This document shows, piece after piece, positions 1 through 9,652 of a stretch of DNA of 64,000 bases. A program made the position numbers and the translations under genes. Origin of the DNA: Candidatus Omnitrophota bacterium (GTDB lineage Bacteria > Omnitrophota > Gorgyraeia > Duberdicusellales > 4484-171); assembly GCA_037146775.1 (NCBI GenBank), contig JBAWWL010000002.1, forward strand, positions 262,554 to 326,553, written 5' to 3'. Within the stretch, counting starts at the first letter, position 1. Each line of letters opens with the position of its first letter. Under the pieces are notes generated by a model that saw only the letters and a program-made list of their open reading frames with translations, searched no databases and was not told the DNA's origin.

Positions 1-31
1 GATAAGTATTTTTAAGAAACAATAAGAATAT

Positions 32-1216
32 ATGAAGCTAAATATTTGTTTTAATAAATTAGGCGGAGAGCAATGGACAGTTGGTCCAATTTTCCTCAGA
101 AATCTCATTTTTGCCTTGCGGCAATTCTGCAAAGATGAAGTTATACTTACCCTGATGTCGTATGGAAAGAATGGCAATGATAATGAATATGATGATTTTA
201 TAAAACCAGACCAGATTGTTGTCTGCGAGCCTCTTCAACATGGAGGTTTTGGTTGGTTTGTTGGTGCCGTAAATAAAAAATATTTCTCCCGTGATTTGTC
301 TAAAGAGGTAGTATTATTGAAGAATAAGGTTAATATCTTATTTAGTACGTTTAATCAATTCAAAATTAATAATATAGCAACTTTGGCGTATTTACCTGAT
401 TTCCAGCCTTATAGGATGCCAGAGATGTTTAGTGAAGTTGAAAGAAAATGTTTGATCCGTGATTTTGAGATGACCGTAAAGCATTCAACCCGAGTTATTT
501 TGACTGGTTTATCCATAAAGAAAGATTTTGAATCTTTTTTCCCTAAGCAAATTCATAAAGTTAGAATTTTCAAGCCGGTTAGCTATATTCCCGATTATAT
601 TTACGATGATAAAAAGTTAGCTTCATTCCTGAAATTGTATAATCTTCCAGATAAGTTTGTCTATCTTCCTAATCAGTTCTGGAAGCATAAGAATCACAAA
701 GTATTGTTTAATGCTGTTAAGATATTAAAAGAACGAGGTATTGATATTATTGTTGTTTGTACCGGAAATTCTTTTGATTATAGGTGTCCGAGCTATTTTG
801 CCAAACTTTGGCATCAGATTTCCGAATTAAAGATTAGAGATCAGATTATATATTTGGGTTTAATTCCCCACGATTATATTTTTTATCTTATGAGGGCAAG
901 CGTATGTATCGTGAATCCTTCTTTTTTTGAAGGTTGGGCTAACGCGGTAGAAGAGGCCCGTTCCTTAGGCAAGATGCTACTACTTTCAGATATTCCTATC
1001 CATCGAGAACAAATGTTGTCTCGGTCGGACTTTTTCGATCCTTATAGCGCTGAAGATTTAGCAAAAAAAATAGAAAAAATTTGGGTTAATACTAGTTCCG
1101 GTCCAGATTTACCCTTAGAATCAATAGCACGACGAGAACTTTCTGATCGTCAGTCGGAATTCGCCAAATCTTTTTTGTCTATTGCGCAAGAGGCTATTTC
1201 GGAGGTGTGGTCTTGA
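32..1216 (+). CDS. Glycosyltransferase family 4 (GT-B, mannosyltransferase/WbaZ-like)
   Basis: FWKHKNH and PSFFEGW..AVEEA..G motifs of GT4 C-terminal domain; SDIPIHRE. Confidence 0.85.
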   Translation: MKLNICFNKLGGEQWTVGPIFLRNLIFALRQFCKDEVILTLMSYGKNGNDNEYDDFIKPDQIVVCEPLQHGGFGWFVGAVNKKYFSRDLSKEVVLLKNKVNILFSTFNQFKINNIATLAYLPDFQPYRMPEMFSEVERKCLIRDFEMTVKHSTRVILTGLSIKKDFESFFPKQIHKVRIFKPVSYIPDYIYDDKKLASFLKLYNLPDKFVYLPNQFWKHKNHKVLFNAVKILKERGIDIIVVCTGNSFDYRCPSYFAKLWHQISELKIRDQIIYLGLIPHDYIFYLMRASVCIVNPSFFEGWANAVEEARSLGKMLLLSDIPIHREQMLSRSDFFDPYSAEDLAKKIEKIWVNTSSGPDLPLESIARRELSDRQSEFAKSFLSIAQEAISEVWS

Positions 1217-2079
1217 TGATTGATAATCAGAAGCTTGAAGGAGGATTGAGAACGTTAGGTAAATTTGATAGGAAAAGTACAGTAGAGAAACCGCTGGTGA
1301 GTATCGTTACTGTGTGCCGGAATAGCGAAAAATACATTGAGGAAACTATCAAAAGTGTATTAACTCAAAGTTATGATAATATTGAATATATCATTATCGA
1401 TGGGTGTTCGACAGATAAAACCATTGATATTATCAAGAAATACGATAATAAGATTGCTTATTGGCTAAGCGAGTCTGATCGGGGGGCATATGATGCTATG
1501 AATAAGGGGGTTATTTTGGCTAACGGTGAATGGGTGGGCATTATAAACAGCGATGATTGGTATCATACAAGTGCTGTCGAACAGATTGTTTGTGCATCGC
1601 AAGAGCAACCCTACGTTGATATTGTTTACGGTGACTTATTACACGTAAGGATTGATGGTGGTTATGTTCGACGAGAGGATTGTGAGGATGGCAAGTATTT
1701 TCGTCGTACAGGAAGCCATAATAATATGCTTGAAAGATGGGGTTTATTTCATCCAACCTGTTTTGTTAAAAGACGAATATACAAAGAGCATAAATTTAAT
1801 ATTAAATTTAAGTTATCTGCTGATTATGATTTTATGCTTTCGCTTTATTTTGATGACAAGAAATTTTTTTATATATCAAAACCTATAGCATTTTTCCGAC
1901 CCGTAGGCGTTAGTAGTACGATTAATTATAGAAGTATATTTGAATGTTTTCAGATTCGAAAAAAACATAATGTATTCCTTGCGCTGAAAGTATTAATTTT
2001 AGAAACAAAAATGTTTTTAATAGCCTATATTTATGACAGAAAACAAAAATTGAAAAATTTTGCGTTAAATTATCACTAG
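1216..2079 (+). CDS. Glycosyltransferase family 2 (WcaE/WfgS-like)
   Basis: VSIVTV, YIIIDGCSTD, GAYDAMNKG, INSDD; ATG at 1216 overlaps upstream TGA (ORF track starts 1207). Confidence 0.9.
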   Translation: MIDNQKLEGGLRTLGKFDRKSTVEKPLVSIVTVCRNSEKYIEETIKSVLTQSYDNIEYIIIDGCSTDKTIDIIKKYDNKIAYWLSESDRGAYDAMNKGVILANGEWVGIINSDDWYHTSAVEQIVCASQEQPYVDIVYGDLLHVRIDGGYVRREDCEDGKYFRRTGSHNNMLERWGLFHPTCFVKRRIYKEHKFNIKFKLSADYDFMLSLYFDDKKFFYISKPIAFFRPVGVSSTINYRSIFECFQIRKKHNVFLALKVLILETKMFLIAYIYDRKQKLKNFALNYH

Positions 2080-2107
2080 TTTGGTAAGACAAAAAGGAAG
2101 GTGTTTT

Positions 2108-2407
2108 ATGAAAGAAAAAGTAACCGCAATAGTTTTTGCGGCAGTTGAGATAATAAATCAACAGCTATCTAAAGATGAGCAGATAGATAAAGCTATGAAC
2201 ACGCCTTTGTTCTACTCTTCCGGTGGGTTAGATTCGTTAGGTATAATAAACCTTATTATGACCATAGAACAAAAAATTCAGGAAGATTTAGGGGTGAATA
2301 TAACTTTAGCCAACGAAAAAGCGTTATCTAGTCAGGACAGTCCTTTTAGGACAATAGGAAATTTGATTGATTATATTTCTTTGCTTTTAAATGAGAATAT
2401 AAAATGA
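2108..2407 (+). CDS. Acyl carrier protein
   Basis: GLDSL phosphopantetheine-serine motif, small acidic protein; ATG 2108 after AAGGAAGG. Confidence 0.8.
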   Translation: MKEKVTAIVFAAVEIINQQLSKDEQIDKAMNTPLFYSSGGLDSLGIINLIMTIEQKIQEDLGVNITLANEKALSSQDSPFRTIGNLIDYISLLLNENIK

Positions 2408-3108
2408 ATAACTCGCAGGTAATGTTGATTACCGGCACTAGTAGGGGTATAGGCAAATTTTTAGCTAAGCACTATGTGCAAAGAGGTTTTTCTGTTATCG
2501 GCTGCAGCCGTCAATCAGTAGATTATAGTCTGAAGAATTATAGGCATTTTTCTCTGGATATTTGTAATGAAGATGACGTAAGAGAGATGTTTGTTGAAGT
2601 TACTAAAAGCTATAAGCATCTTGATGTTTTAATAAATAATGTGGGAATCATATCTATGAATTATGTTTATTTGACTTCGGCTAAGACAGTAAGAGACATC
2701 ATGGATACGAATTTTATCGGTACATTTATCTGCTGCCGGGAGGCAATTAAGATAATGCAACGGAATCGTTCAGGTAAAATTATAAATATTTCTAGCATTG
2801 CCGTTCCTTTGAGCGCGGCAGGGACTTCTGCGTATAGTGCTTCTAAGGCAGCGGTTGAACAGCTTTCAAAAGTTTTAGCAAAAGAGGTGGTATCGTATGG
2901 AATTGCTGTCAACACTTTAGGGTTATCTTTTGTTGAAGGTAGCGGTATGATTAAAGAAGTTGGAGAAAAAGCCGTTAAAAGTGCGCTGGAGAATACGGCC
3001 TCAAAAATCCCTATTACTTTTAACGATGTTGCGGTGGCTATGGATTCCTTAATCTTAGGTCAAAATAGTACAGCTACTGGCAAGATATCTTATTTGGGTG
3101 GCGTATAA
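2404..3108 (+). CDS. SDR oxidoreductase, 3-oxoacyl-ACP reductase-like
   Basis: TGTSRGIG, NNVG, YSASK catalytic motif; lies between ACP and FabH-like genes. Confidence 0.85.
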   Translation: MNNSQVMLITGTSRGIGKFLAKHYVQRGFSVIGCSRQSVDYSLKNYRHFSLDICNEDDVREMFVEVTKSYKHLDVLINNVGIISMNYVYLTSAKTVRDIMDTNFIGTFICCREAIKIMQRNRSGKIINISSIAVPLSAAGTSAYSASKAAVEQLSKVLAKEVVSYGIAVNTLGLSFVEGSGMIKEVGEKAVKSALENTASKIPITFNDVAVAMDSLILGQNSTATGKISYLGGV

Positions 3109-4119
3109 ATGAAAGTAATCATAAAAGACATAGCATATTATTTGCCTCAGCGCGTAGTAACCAATGAAGAGCTATATAAAGAAAACCCAGGATGGAAGAC
3201 AGAAACTCTTGAAGAGCGCATAGGGGTAATGAAGCGTCATGTTGCCGGCGATGGTGAAACAGCTTTAGATTTAGCTTATCGGGCTTGCGAAGAAATTATC
3301 TCAAAGAATTCAGAGTTACCTAAGCTAATAGACGGAATTATTTTTTGTACGCAAAGTGGTGATCATGTTATGCCTTCTAATGCTTGTATTTTACACAAAA
3401 TGCTTAAACTGTCAGAAGAAGTGATTGCTTTTGATTTTAATTTAGCCTGTTCCGGATATATATATGGACTTGCGATAGTGCAAGGACTAATACTTAGCGG
3501 TATGGCAAAAAATATCTTGTTGGTGAATGCAGACACTTATTCTAAATATATTGCAAAGAATGATCGTTCGGTAAGAATGCTTTTTGGCGACGGAGCAGCC
3601 GTCTCTTGGATTAGTCTTTCTGGTTCCGGTAGCAGTATTATTGACATAATTTGTGCTACGGCCGGTCAATACTTTGATAAATTTATTATCCCTGCTGGAG
3701 GTTGTAGAATGCCAAAATCTGGCCGAACATCTGAGTTGTTAACCGACGAAAGCGGCAACTCCCGCACGTTAGAGAATATTCATATGGATGGTATGGGCAT
3801 TTTTTCTTTTGTCAATTCCAGAGTCCCCCGCCAGATTAAAAAAATTTTAACGCATAATAGATTGAACGTAACAGATATAAAATTATTTGTTTTTCATCAG
3901 GCAAGCAAAATGGCCTTAGATTCTCTTGGTTGCCTACTAGGTATTAATCCTGAAAAAGTATTCAAGAACCTCGGTGAAATAGGCAACACCGTATCAGCAT
4001 CTATCCCCATTGCCTTAAAAGATGCGTTAAATAGCGGTAAATTATCTAAGGGCGATAAAGTTTTACTTTCAGGGTTTGGTGTAGGTTTATCTTGGGGGGC
4101 GGCAATCATAGAAATATGA
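3109..4119 (+). CDS. fabH: 3-oxoacyl-ACP synthase III family protein
   Basis: ACSGY (Cys), HQAS (His), GNTVSAS (Asn), FGDGAA, GFGVGLSWG. Confidence 0.9.
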   Translation: MKVIIKDIAYYLPQRVVTNEELYKENPGWKTETLEERIGVMKRHVAGDGETALDLAYRACEEIISKNSELPKLIDGIIFCTQSGDHVMPSNACILHKMLKLSEEVIAFDFNLACSGYIYGLAIVQGLILSGMAKNILLVNADTYSKYIAKNDRSVRMLFGDGAAVSWISLSGSGSSIIDIICATAGQYFDKFIIPAGGCRMPKSGRTSELLTDESGNSRTLENIHMDGMGIFSFVNSRVPRQIKKILTHNRLNVTDIKLFVFHQASKMALDSLGCLLGINPEKVFKNLGEIGNTVSASIPIALKDALNSGKLSKGDKVLLSGFGVGLSWGAAIIEI

Positions 4120-4155
4120 AGTTTTACGGATTTACAGCCGTAGTATTTTCTATTT

Positions 4156-4228
4156 CTTCGGCGGAGCGGAATCTACCGAAGTAAAAACAACGCATTCATC
4201 CATGGGCTTGCATCCGTGGTTTATGCGT
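4156..4228. repeat. Two adjacent GC-rich hairpins (REP/IS200-IS605-end-like remnant)
   Basis: CTTCGGCGGA..TCTACCGAAG (4156-4181) and ACGCAT..CCATGGG-CTTGCA-TCCGTGG..ATGCGT (4190-4228). Confidence 0.45.
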
Positions 4229-4238
4229 AGGCGGATAA

Positions 4239-5192
4239 ATGGATAACAAGATAAAATGGCCTCACGGCAAGAATTTTGCTTTTACTATTTTTGATGATAC
4301 AGATAACTCGACTATAGCTAACACAAGAGACGTGTATGCATTTCTTTATGATTGCGGTTTTCTGACTACTAAATCTGTCTGGGTATTCGATAGCACTGAA
4401 AAATCGCAGGTTGGTAAGGAATGGACTGCTGGAGATACCTGTGACGACAAAGAATATGTACAATGGCTAAAAGATTTACAAAGCCTCGATTTTGAAATTG
4501 GACTTCATAGCGTTAGCACGCATAGATCGCGCAGAGATCGAGTGATCTATGGAATAGAAAGATTCCGTGATATTTTTGGCTATTATCCTCAATCAGCTTC
4601 GCAACATCTGGATTATCGCGAAAATGAATCCATGTATTGGGGTAACCGAAGGGTAAGCGGTTTTAATGAATATTTATATAACACCATTACCTTAAATCGT
4701 TTCAAGGGAAAATCAAAAGGGCATATTGAGAAGAGTGAATATTTTTGGGGTGATATTTGTAAGCAGCGAATTAAATTTATGCGCAATTTTGTTTTTAGCG
4801 ACATAAATACTCTTAAAACTTGTCCAGTTATGCCCTATCATGATGACGAGAGACCCTATGTTAATTATTGGTTTGCTTCTTCCGAGGGTCGAGATCTTAA
4901 GTCATACATTGAATGCATAAAAGAAAAGAATCAAGACAATTTAGAGGCTAGTGGCGGTGCTTGTATTGTGTACACTCATTTTGCAAGCGGTTTTTTTAAC
5001 CATGGTAAATTAGATTGTAATTTTAAGTTTCTTATGGAGAGGCTTAGTAAAAAAAATGGCTGGTTTGTGCCGGTTTCGACATTATTAGATTATCTTCTTA
5101 GAATAAAAGGCCATCAGGTTATTTCCAATACTGAAAAAAACAGGCTTGAGAGGAAATGGTTATGGCACAAAATAAGGCATGGAACTACGTAA
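4239..5192 (+). CDS. Polysaccharide deacetylase-like protein (NodB/CE4-type fold)
   Basis: FAFTIFDDTD, FEIGLH, YTHF motifs; EPS context. Confidence 0.6.
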   Translation: MDNKIKWPHGKNFAFTIFDDTDNSTIANTRDVYAFLYDCGFLTTKSVWVFDSTEKSQVGKEWTAGDTCDDKEYVQWLKDLQSLDFEIGLHSVSTHRSRRDRVIYGIERFRDIFGYYPQSASQHLDYRENESMYWGNRRVSGFNEYLYNTITLNRFKGKSKGHIEKSEYFWGDICKQRIKFMRNFVFSDINTLKTCPVMPYHDDERPYVNYWFASSEGRDLKSYIECIKEKNQDNLEASGGACIVYTHFASGFFNHGKLDCNFKFLMERLSKKNGWFVPVSTLLDYLLRIKGHQVISNTEKNRLERKWLWHKIRHGTT

Positions 5193-5195
5193 TTA

Positions 5196-6323
5196 GTGAT
5201 TCATATGGGAATAGAAATCAAACCCTACAGTGAAAATTTTATAGACAAGGTCAGAAGTTTTAACTTACGCTTAAAAAATGGGGGATTACTATTTAGCTTT
5301 CCTGTATCGAATATTCCTGAGTGGCTGCCGAAGATAGAAAATCGAAAGATTTATCAGGAATATTTTTTGGCCATAGAAAACAATTCGGAAGTAAGAGGGG
5401 CATATATTTTGAAACACCAGGAATTTATACTTAAAGACAAGGCGGTGTCCCTGGCGGATTATCAGCTGCCTATCTCAGAGGGTACGGTTAATAAATCGTA
5501 TAGTCTTATCGGGGTGCAACTATTAACCAATGCATTGAAGCGGCAACCATTGTTATTTGGCTTGGGTATGGGTAGCTATAAAGAACCATTGCCAAAGATG
5601 TTAAAAGCCGCGGGGTGGAGTTTATTTACCGTCCCTTTTTTCTTTAAGGTTTGCCGTCCTTTCAAATTTTTAAAGAATATTAATTTCATAAGAAAGAAAA
5701 AAATTATAAATATCTTTTTAGATTTAATTGCGATAACTGGTATGGGTTGGATTATAATAAAATTATTACAGCTTTTATTTGAAAAGATTAATCTTGTAAA
5801 CAGAAATATTTCCGTAGAAATAATTAATGATTTTTCTATTTGGGCAGATGAAGTTTGGAATGTGTCTAAAGGACAATATCATATGATAGCAGTGCGGGAT
5901 AGCACCGTGCTTAATATATTGTATCCAAAGGAAAATAATTCATTTATTCGTTTGAAAGTATTGCAGAATAATAAGGTTATCGGTTGGGCGATTGTTTTGG
6001 ATACTCCGATGATTAATCATAAACAGTTTGGGAATATGCGGGTTGGCTCTATAGTTGATTGTTTGGCCCTTACAGGCGAGGAATTTGAGGTAATTAAGTC
6101 CGCGGCTGGTTTTTTAGAAAAAAATGGCGTGGATATAATTGTTTCAAACCAGTTCCATTCGTTTTGGCGCAAAGCTCTCATTAGCAATGGTTTTCTCGAG
6201 GGTCCCTCTAATTTTATATTTGCAGCTTCAAGAAAATTAACCGAATTATTATATCCTCTTGGTGCTAACAAGTTTAAATTTCATATCAATAGAGGCGATG
6301 GTGATGGGCCGATACACCTTTGA
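5196..6323 (+). CDS. GNAT-like acyltransferase, EPS-associated hypothetical
   Basis: Tandem GNAT-like layout (AVRDSTVLN..Y, RVGSIVDC); follows deacetylase-like gene; family call is tentative. Confidence 0.45.
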   Translation: MIHMGIEIKPYSENFIDKVRSFNLRLKNGGLLFSFPVSNIPEWLPKIENRKIYQEYFLAIENNSEVRGAYILKHQEFILKDKAVSLADYQLPISEGTVNKSYSLIGVQLLTNALKRQPLLFGLGMGSYKEPLPKMLKAAGWSLFTVPFFFKVCRPFKFLKNINFIRKKKIINIFLDLIAITGMGWIIIKLLQLLFEKINLVNRNISVEIINDFSIWADEVWNVSKGQYHMIAVRDSTVLNILYPKENNSFIRLKVLQNNKVIGWAIVLDTPMINHKQFGNMRVGSIVDCLALTGEEFEVIKSAAGFLEKNGVDIIVSNQFHSFWRKALISNGFLEGPSNFIFAASRKLTELLYPLGANKFKFHINRGDGDGPIHL

Positions 6324-6392
6324 GGCCAAATATCTTGATTTATGGTTAAATATAGCGATAAAAAATTAATTGATATAGGTTAAAAAGTAAAT

Positions 6393-7667
6393 ATGCCATT
6401 TTTTCTCCTTATAATTTATATAATTGCCGTTTTTATTAGACCTCAGGATTCTATCTCATTTATGCAAGGGTTTCCTCTGGTCAATATTATAACCATACTG
6501 AATCTTTTGTTGGTTTTTATGGGGTTTTCGGCCAAGAAATTGAGTATTCCGCGAGCACCAGAAAATACACTTATGTTAGGATTCTTTTTTGCTATATTAA
6601 TGTCTCACGTAGCAAACACATATTTGGGAGGGTTGATTCTTTCGTTTCAGGAGTTCGGTAAAATTTTAATTTTCTATTTTCTGATAATAATTATTTTAGA
6701 TTCGGTAAATAAAATTAAAATTGTAAGCTGGCTTATTGTACTTTCATCAGTTTATATGGCAATTAATGGTATAATCCAGTTTTATGGGGGATCTGGCATA
6801 CCCGGGACAGCTCCTATCAATGATCACGGCGTAATGCGGATAATCGGCTTAGGAATTTTTTCCGACCCCAACGATTTAGCGCTTCTTTTTATTTTTACTT
6901 TCCCGTTAGTTTTAGCGTTTATTTTTGAAGGGAGAGGATTTTTTCATGCCACTATGGCTATTGTCTGCGGAATTTCGATTGTCTGGGCATTGTGGCTAAC
7001 TAACTCAAGAGGAGGATTATTGGCTTTTATCGTAGCCACAATAATGTTTTTTAGGCTTAGATTCAAGGGAATGAAATGGGTTATATTTGCCATGCTAGCT
7101 GTGGTTATTGCTGTTGCGTTTTTACCTTCCCGCCTTACCGCTGGTTTTTTTGATAAGTCATCTTATGAGCGCGTTATCTACTGGGGTTACGGTAATTGGG
7201 CTTTTAAGTCACATCCGATTTTTGGCGTAGGTTATAATATGCTTTGGCAGTATGCTGCGGATAAAGCTGCACATAATTCTTTTATCCAGTGCTACGCGGA
7301 ACTAGGAATTTTTGGATATTTATTTTGGATAGGCCTTATTTACATTATTTTATACGGTTTATGGAAATTGAGTCTTTACTATAAATCAAAGGCTTATTAT
7401 AAAAGTGACCTTTTTTTATTAGGTGAAGCAATATCTGCTGCTTTTTTTGGTTATTTAACTATCAGTTTATTCTTGAGCCGCACATACATTGTACCATTTT
7501 TTGTTTTTATTGCATTAGCGGTAAAGGTAAGGTTTGTGGCTACGCAAGGAAAATTCTTAGGTGGAGACCTTCTTCCTGCCTATCAAAACCGTAGGATCCT
7601 CGCTATCGGCGTATTAAGTATTCTATTTATGTATATCATGACGCGATTCTTGTTAACGAGGTTTTAA
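6393..7667 (+). CDS. O-antigen ligase/polymerase family (Wzy/WaaL-like) membrane protein
   Basis: Multi-TM; DPNDLA, TNSRGG, HPIFGVG, AHNSF..YAELG. Confidence 0.85.
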   Translation: MPFFLLIIYIIAVFIRPQDSISFMQGFPLVNIITILNLLLVFMGFSAKKLSIPRAPENTLMLGFFFAILMSHVANTYLGGLILSFQEFGKILIFYFLIIIILDSVNKIKIVSWLIVLSSVYMAINGIIQFYGGSGIPGTAPINDHGVMRIIGLGIFSDPNDLALLFIFTFPLVLAFIFEGRGFFHATMAIVCGISIVWALWLTNSRGGLLAFIVATIMFFRLRFKGMKWVIFAMLAVVIAVAFLPSRLTAGFFDKSSYERVIYWGYGNWAFKSHPIFGVGYNMLWQYAADKAAHNSFIQCYAELGIFGYLFWIGLIYIILYGLWKLSLYYKSKAYYKSDLFLLGEAISAAFFGYLTISLFLSRTYIVPFFVFIALAVKVRFVATQGKFLGGDLLPAYQNRRILAIGVLSILFMYIMTRFLLTRF

Positions 7668-8804
7668 GTGGGTGAGCAGAGGAAAACAATCCTTCACATC
7701 GTTAAACTAAATCCGAAGAAGCTAGGCTCATTTGAAGAGTATATTATTGCTTTACATAGAGAGATTCTAAGCAGAGGATTACGTGGCATTATAATATTCG
7801 AAAGCGAAGTCCCGCCATCTTTGAGGGATAGATATAATGGCATTGAAATTAAAACATTATCTCAGAAAGAAGGATTTTTTAGTTTTTATTTTAAGCTTTT
7901 TAGGTTTATTAAAGAATATAAACCCGATATTGTGCATATTGCTTTCCATCCAATATTTAGCGAAATAAGTTTTTTAGTTTATCTGTTCGGCGCACGGAAT
8001 ATTATTTTTTCTGATCGTATTTCAGGGGAAATTAAACGCAAAAAATTTATTAAAAGGAAATTTTCTTTTATTAAGAATAAATTTATTAATCAATTTATAA
8101 GAAAGATTATTTGTGTCTCAGATTATGTGCAAAATCGCGATAGTTTTATTCCAGGCATAGATCGAACAAAGCTAGTTACTATTTTGAATGGGGTTAATCT
8201 TAAAAGATTTGATAGTTCAGGCGTTAGCAGACAAGATATTCGTCAACAGTTCAAGATTGGCGAGAGCGCTTTTTTGGTAACTAATATTTCTCATTTGGTT
8301 AAAGTAAAAGGCATTGATGTGATAGTCAAGGCTGCCAAAGCCATAAATATTAAATATAAAGACATTATTTTTCTAATCGTTGGCGTAGGTAAAGATGAAG
8401 AAAAAATTAAGTCAATGGTAAACGAATTTTCATTGGAAGGAGTTGTTCAGTTCGCTGGGTTAAGGAACGATACAGAAAATATTCTTGCAGCCAGTGATAT
8501 GTTCGTTTATCCATCGGTATGGCAAGAGGCATGCGGATTCGGTATCATAGAGGCGTTGGCGTGTGGCTTACCGGTGATTACTACACAAGTAGGTGGTACG
8601 CCCGAACTTATCATGGATGGGTTTAATGGTTTTTTAATCGAGAGCAACAGTAGTGAGGCCCTTGCGAAAAAAATTGAGTATTTATATCTTAACCGGGATT
8701 TTTTAAAAAAAATGGGCGAGTGCGCCAAAAAAGACGCTCGAAAACGATTAGATTTAAACCGCGTTGTTAGTCAAGTAATGGATGTCTATGCGCGGTATTT
8801 ATAA
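7668..8804 (+). CDS. Glycosyltransferase family 4
   Basis: NGVNLKRF, KGID, EACGFGIIEALACGLPVI. Confidence 0.9.
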   Translation: MGEQRKTILHIVKLNPKKLGSFEEYIIALHREILSRGLRGIIIFESEVPPSLRDRYNGIEIKTLSQKEGFFSFYFKLFRFIKEYKPDIVHIAFHPIFSEISFLVYLFGARNIIFSDRISGEIKRKKFIKRKFSFIKNKFINQFIRKIICVSDYVQNRDSFIPGIDRTKLVTILNGVNLKRFDSSGVSRQDIRQQFKIGESAFLVTNISHLVKVKGIDVIVKAAKAINIKYKDIIFLIVGVGKDEEKIKSMVNEFSLEGVVQFAGLRNDTENILAASDMFVYPSVWQEACGFGIIEALACGLPVITTQVGGTPELIMDGFNGFLIESNSSEALAKKIEYLYLNRDFLKKMGECAKKDARKRLDLNRVVSQVMDVYARYL

Positions 8805-8810
8805 AATAGC

Positions 8811-8907
8811 TGTGTTTATCTGTAGTATCCATCTGTGCTCATCCCTGCCTGCCGGTAGGCAGGTGTGATTTTCATCTGTGTTAATCTGTGGTGTGCGATG
8901 ATCTGTG
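8811..8907. repeat. ATCTGTG short-repeat cluster with a 20-bp near-palindrome CCTGCCTGCCGGTAGGCAGG inserted in one unit
   Basis: ATCTGTR at 8818, 8831, 8874, 8884, 8901; unit at 8841 split as ATC[8844-8863]TGTG. Confidence 0.75.
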
Positions 8908-8922
8908 TAAACGAGGAATAAA

Positions 8923-9615
8923 ATGATAAGAAAGAAGCTACCCGTATCAATTATTGTTCCTTGTAGAAATGAGGCAAAAAATCTAGAAATACTTCTTCCG
9001 CAGCTAGAAAGCATAGGAGAAGAGCTTATTGTTGTTGATGGTCACTCTCAGGATAATACTAAAGAGTTGGCAATGCGCTATTCCACAAAATTTGTTTTGG
9101 ATAACGGTAAAGGTAAGGGGGACGGTATTCGCGTGGGAATTGCTCACGCAACTAAAGATATCTGCGTGTTTTTAGATGCTGATCTTTCGCATGATCCTTT
9201 AGATATTCCTAAGATGGTCGAGCCGATTTTAACCGGCAAGGCGGATATAGTGTTAGGCTCGCGTATGCGCGGCGGCGGTGACGAGTTTATTGCTACCCCT
9301 CTTATGCTTATTCGACTTTTTGGTAATATGGGCTTGACTTGGTTGATAAATCTTAGATGTAATTCGGCATTGTCAGATAGCCAAAATGGATTTAGAGCAA
9401 TTAAAACATCTTTATTGAGGTCCATTAAACTTATTTCTAATAGGCATACGATTGAATTAGAGATGATTATGCGAGCCCTTCGTTTTGGTGCTCGTGTCGT
9501 AGAAGTACCCGCTCATGAATATCCGCGCAGGTTTGGTGATTCATCTCTTTCGTTAATTGAACAAGGATTTCTTTTTTTATTTGTCTATATTCGTGAGTGT
9601 TTTAGGCCGCTTTAA
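8923..9615 (+). CDS. GT2, polyprenol-phosphate glycosyltransferase (DPM-synthase-like)
   Basis: VVDGHSQD, GKG, FLDADLSH, DSQNGFRA. Confidence 0.85.
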   Translation: MIRKKLPVSIIVPCRNEAKNLEILLPQLESIGEELIVVDGHSQDNTKELAMRYSTKFVLDNGKGKGDGIRVGIAHATKDICVFLDADLSHDPLDIPKMVEPILTGKADIVLGSRMRGGGDEFIATPLMLIRLFGNMGLTWLINLRCNSALSDSQNGFRAIKTSLLRSIKLISNRHTIELEMIMRALRFGARVVEVPAHEYPRRFGDSSLSLIEQGFLFLFVYIRECFRPL

Positions 9616-9652
9616 TAAATATGTGGTTGATATATAACAGGGGGATGGGGCT

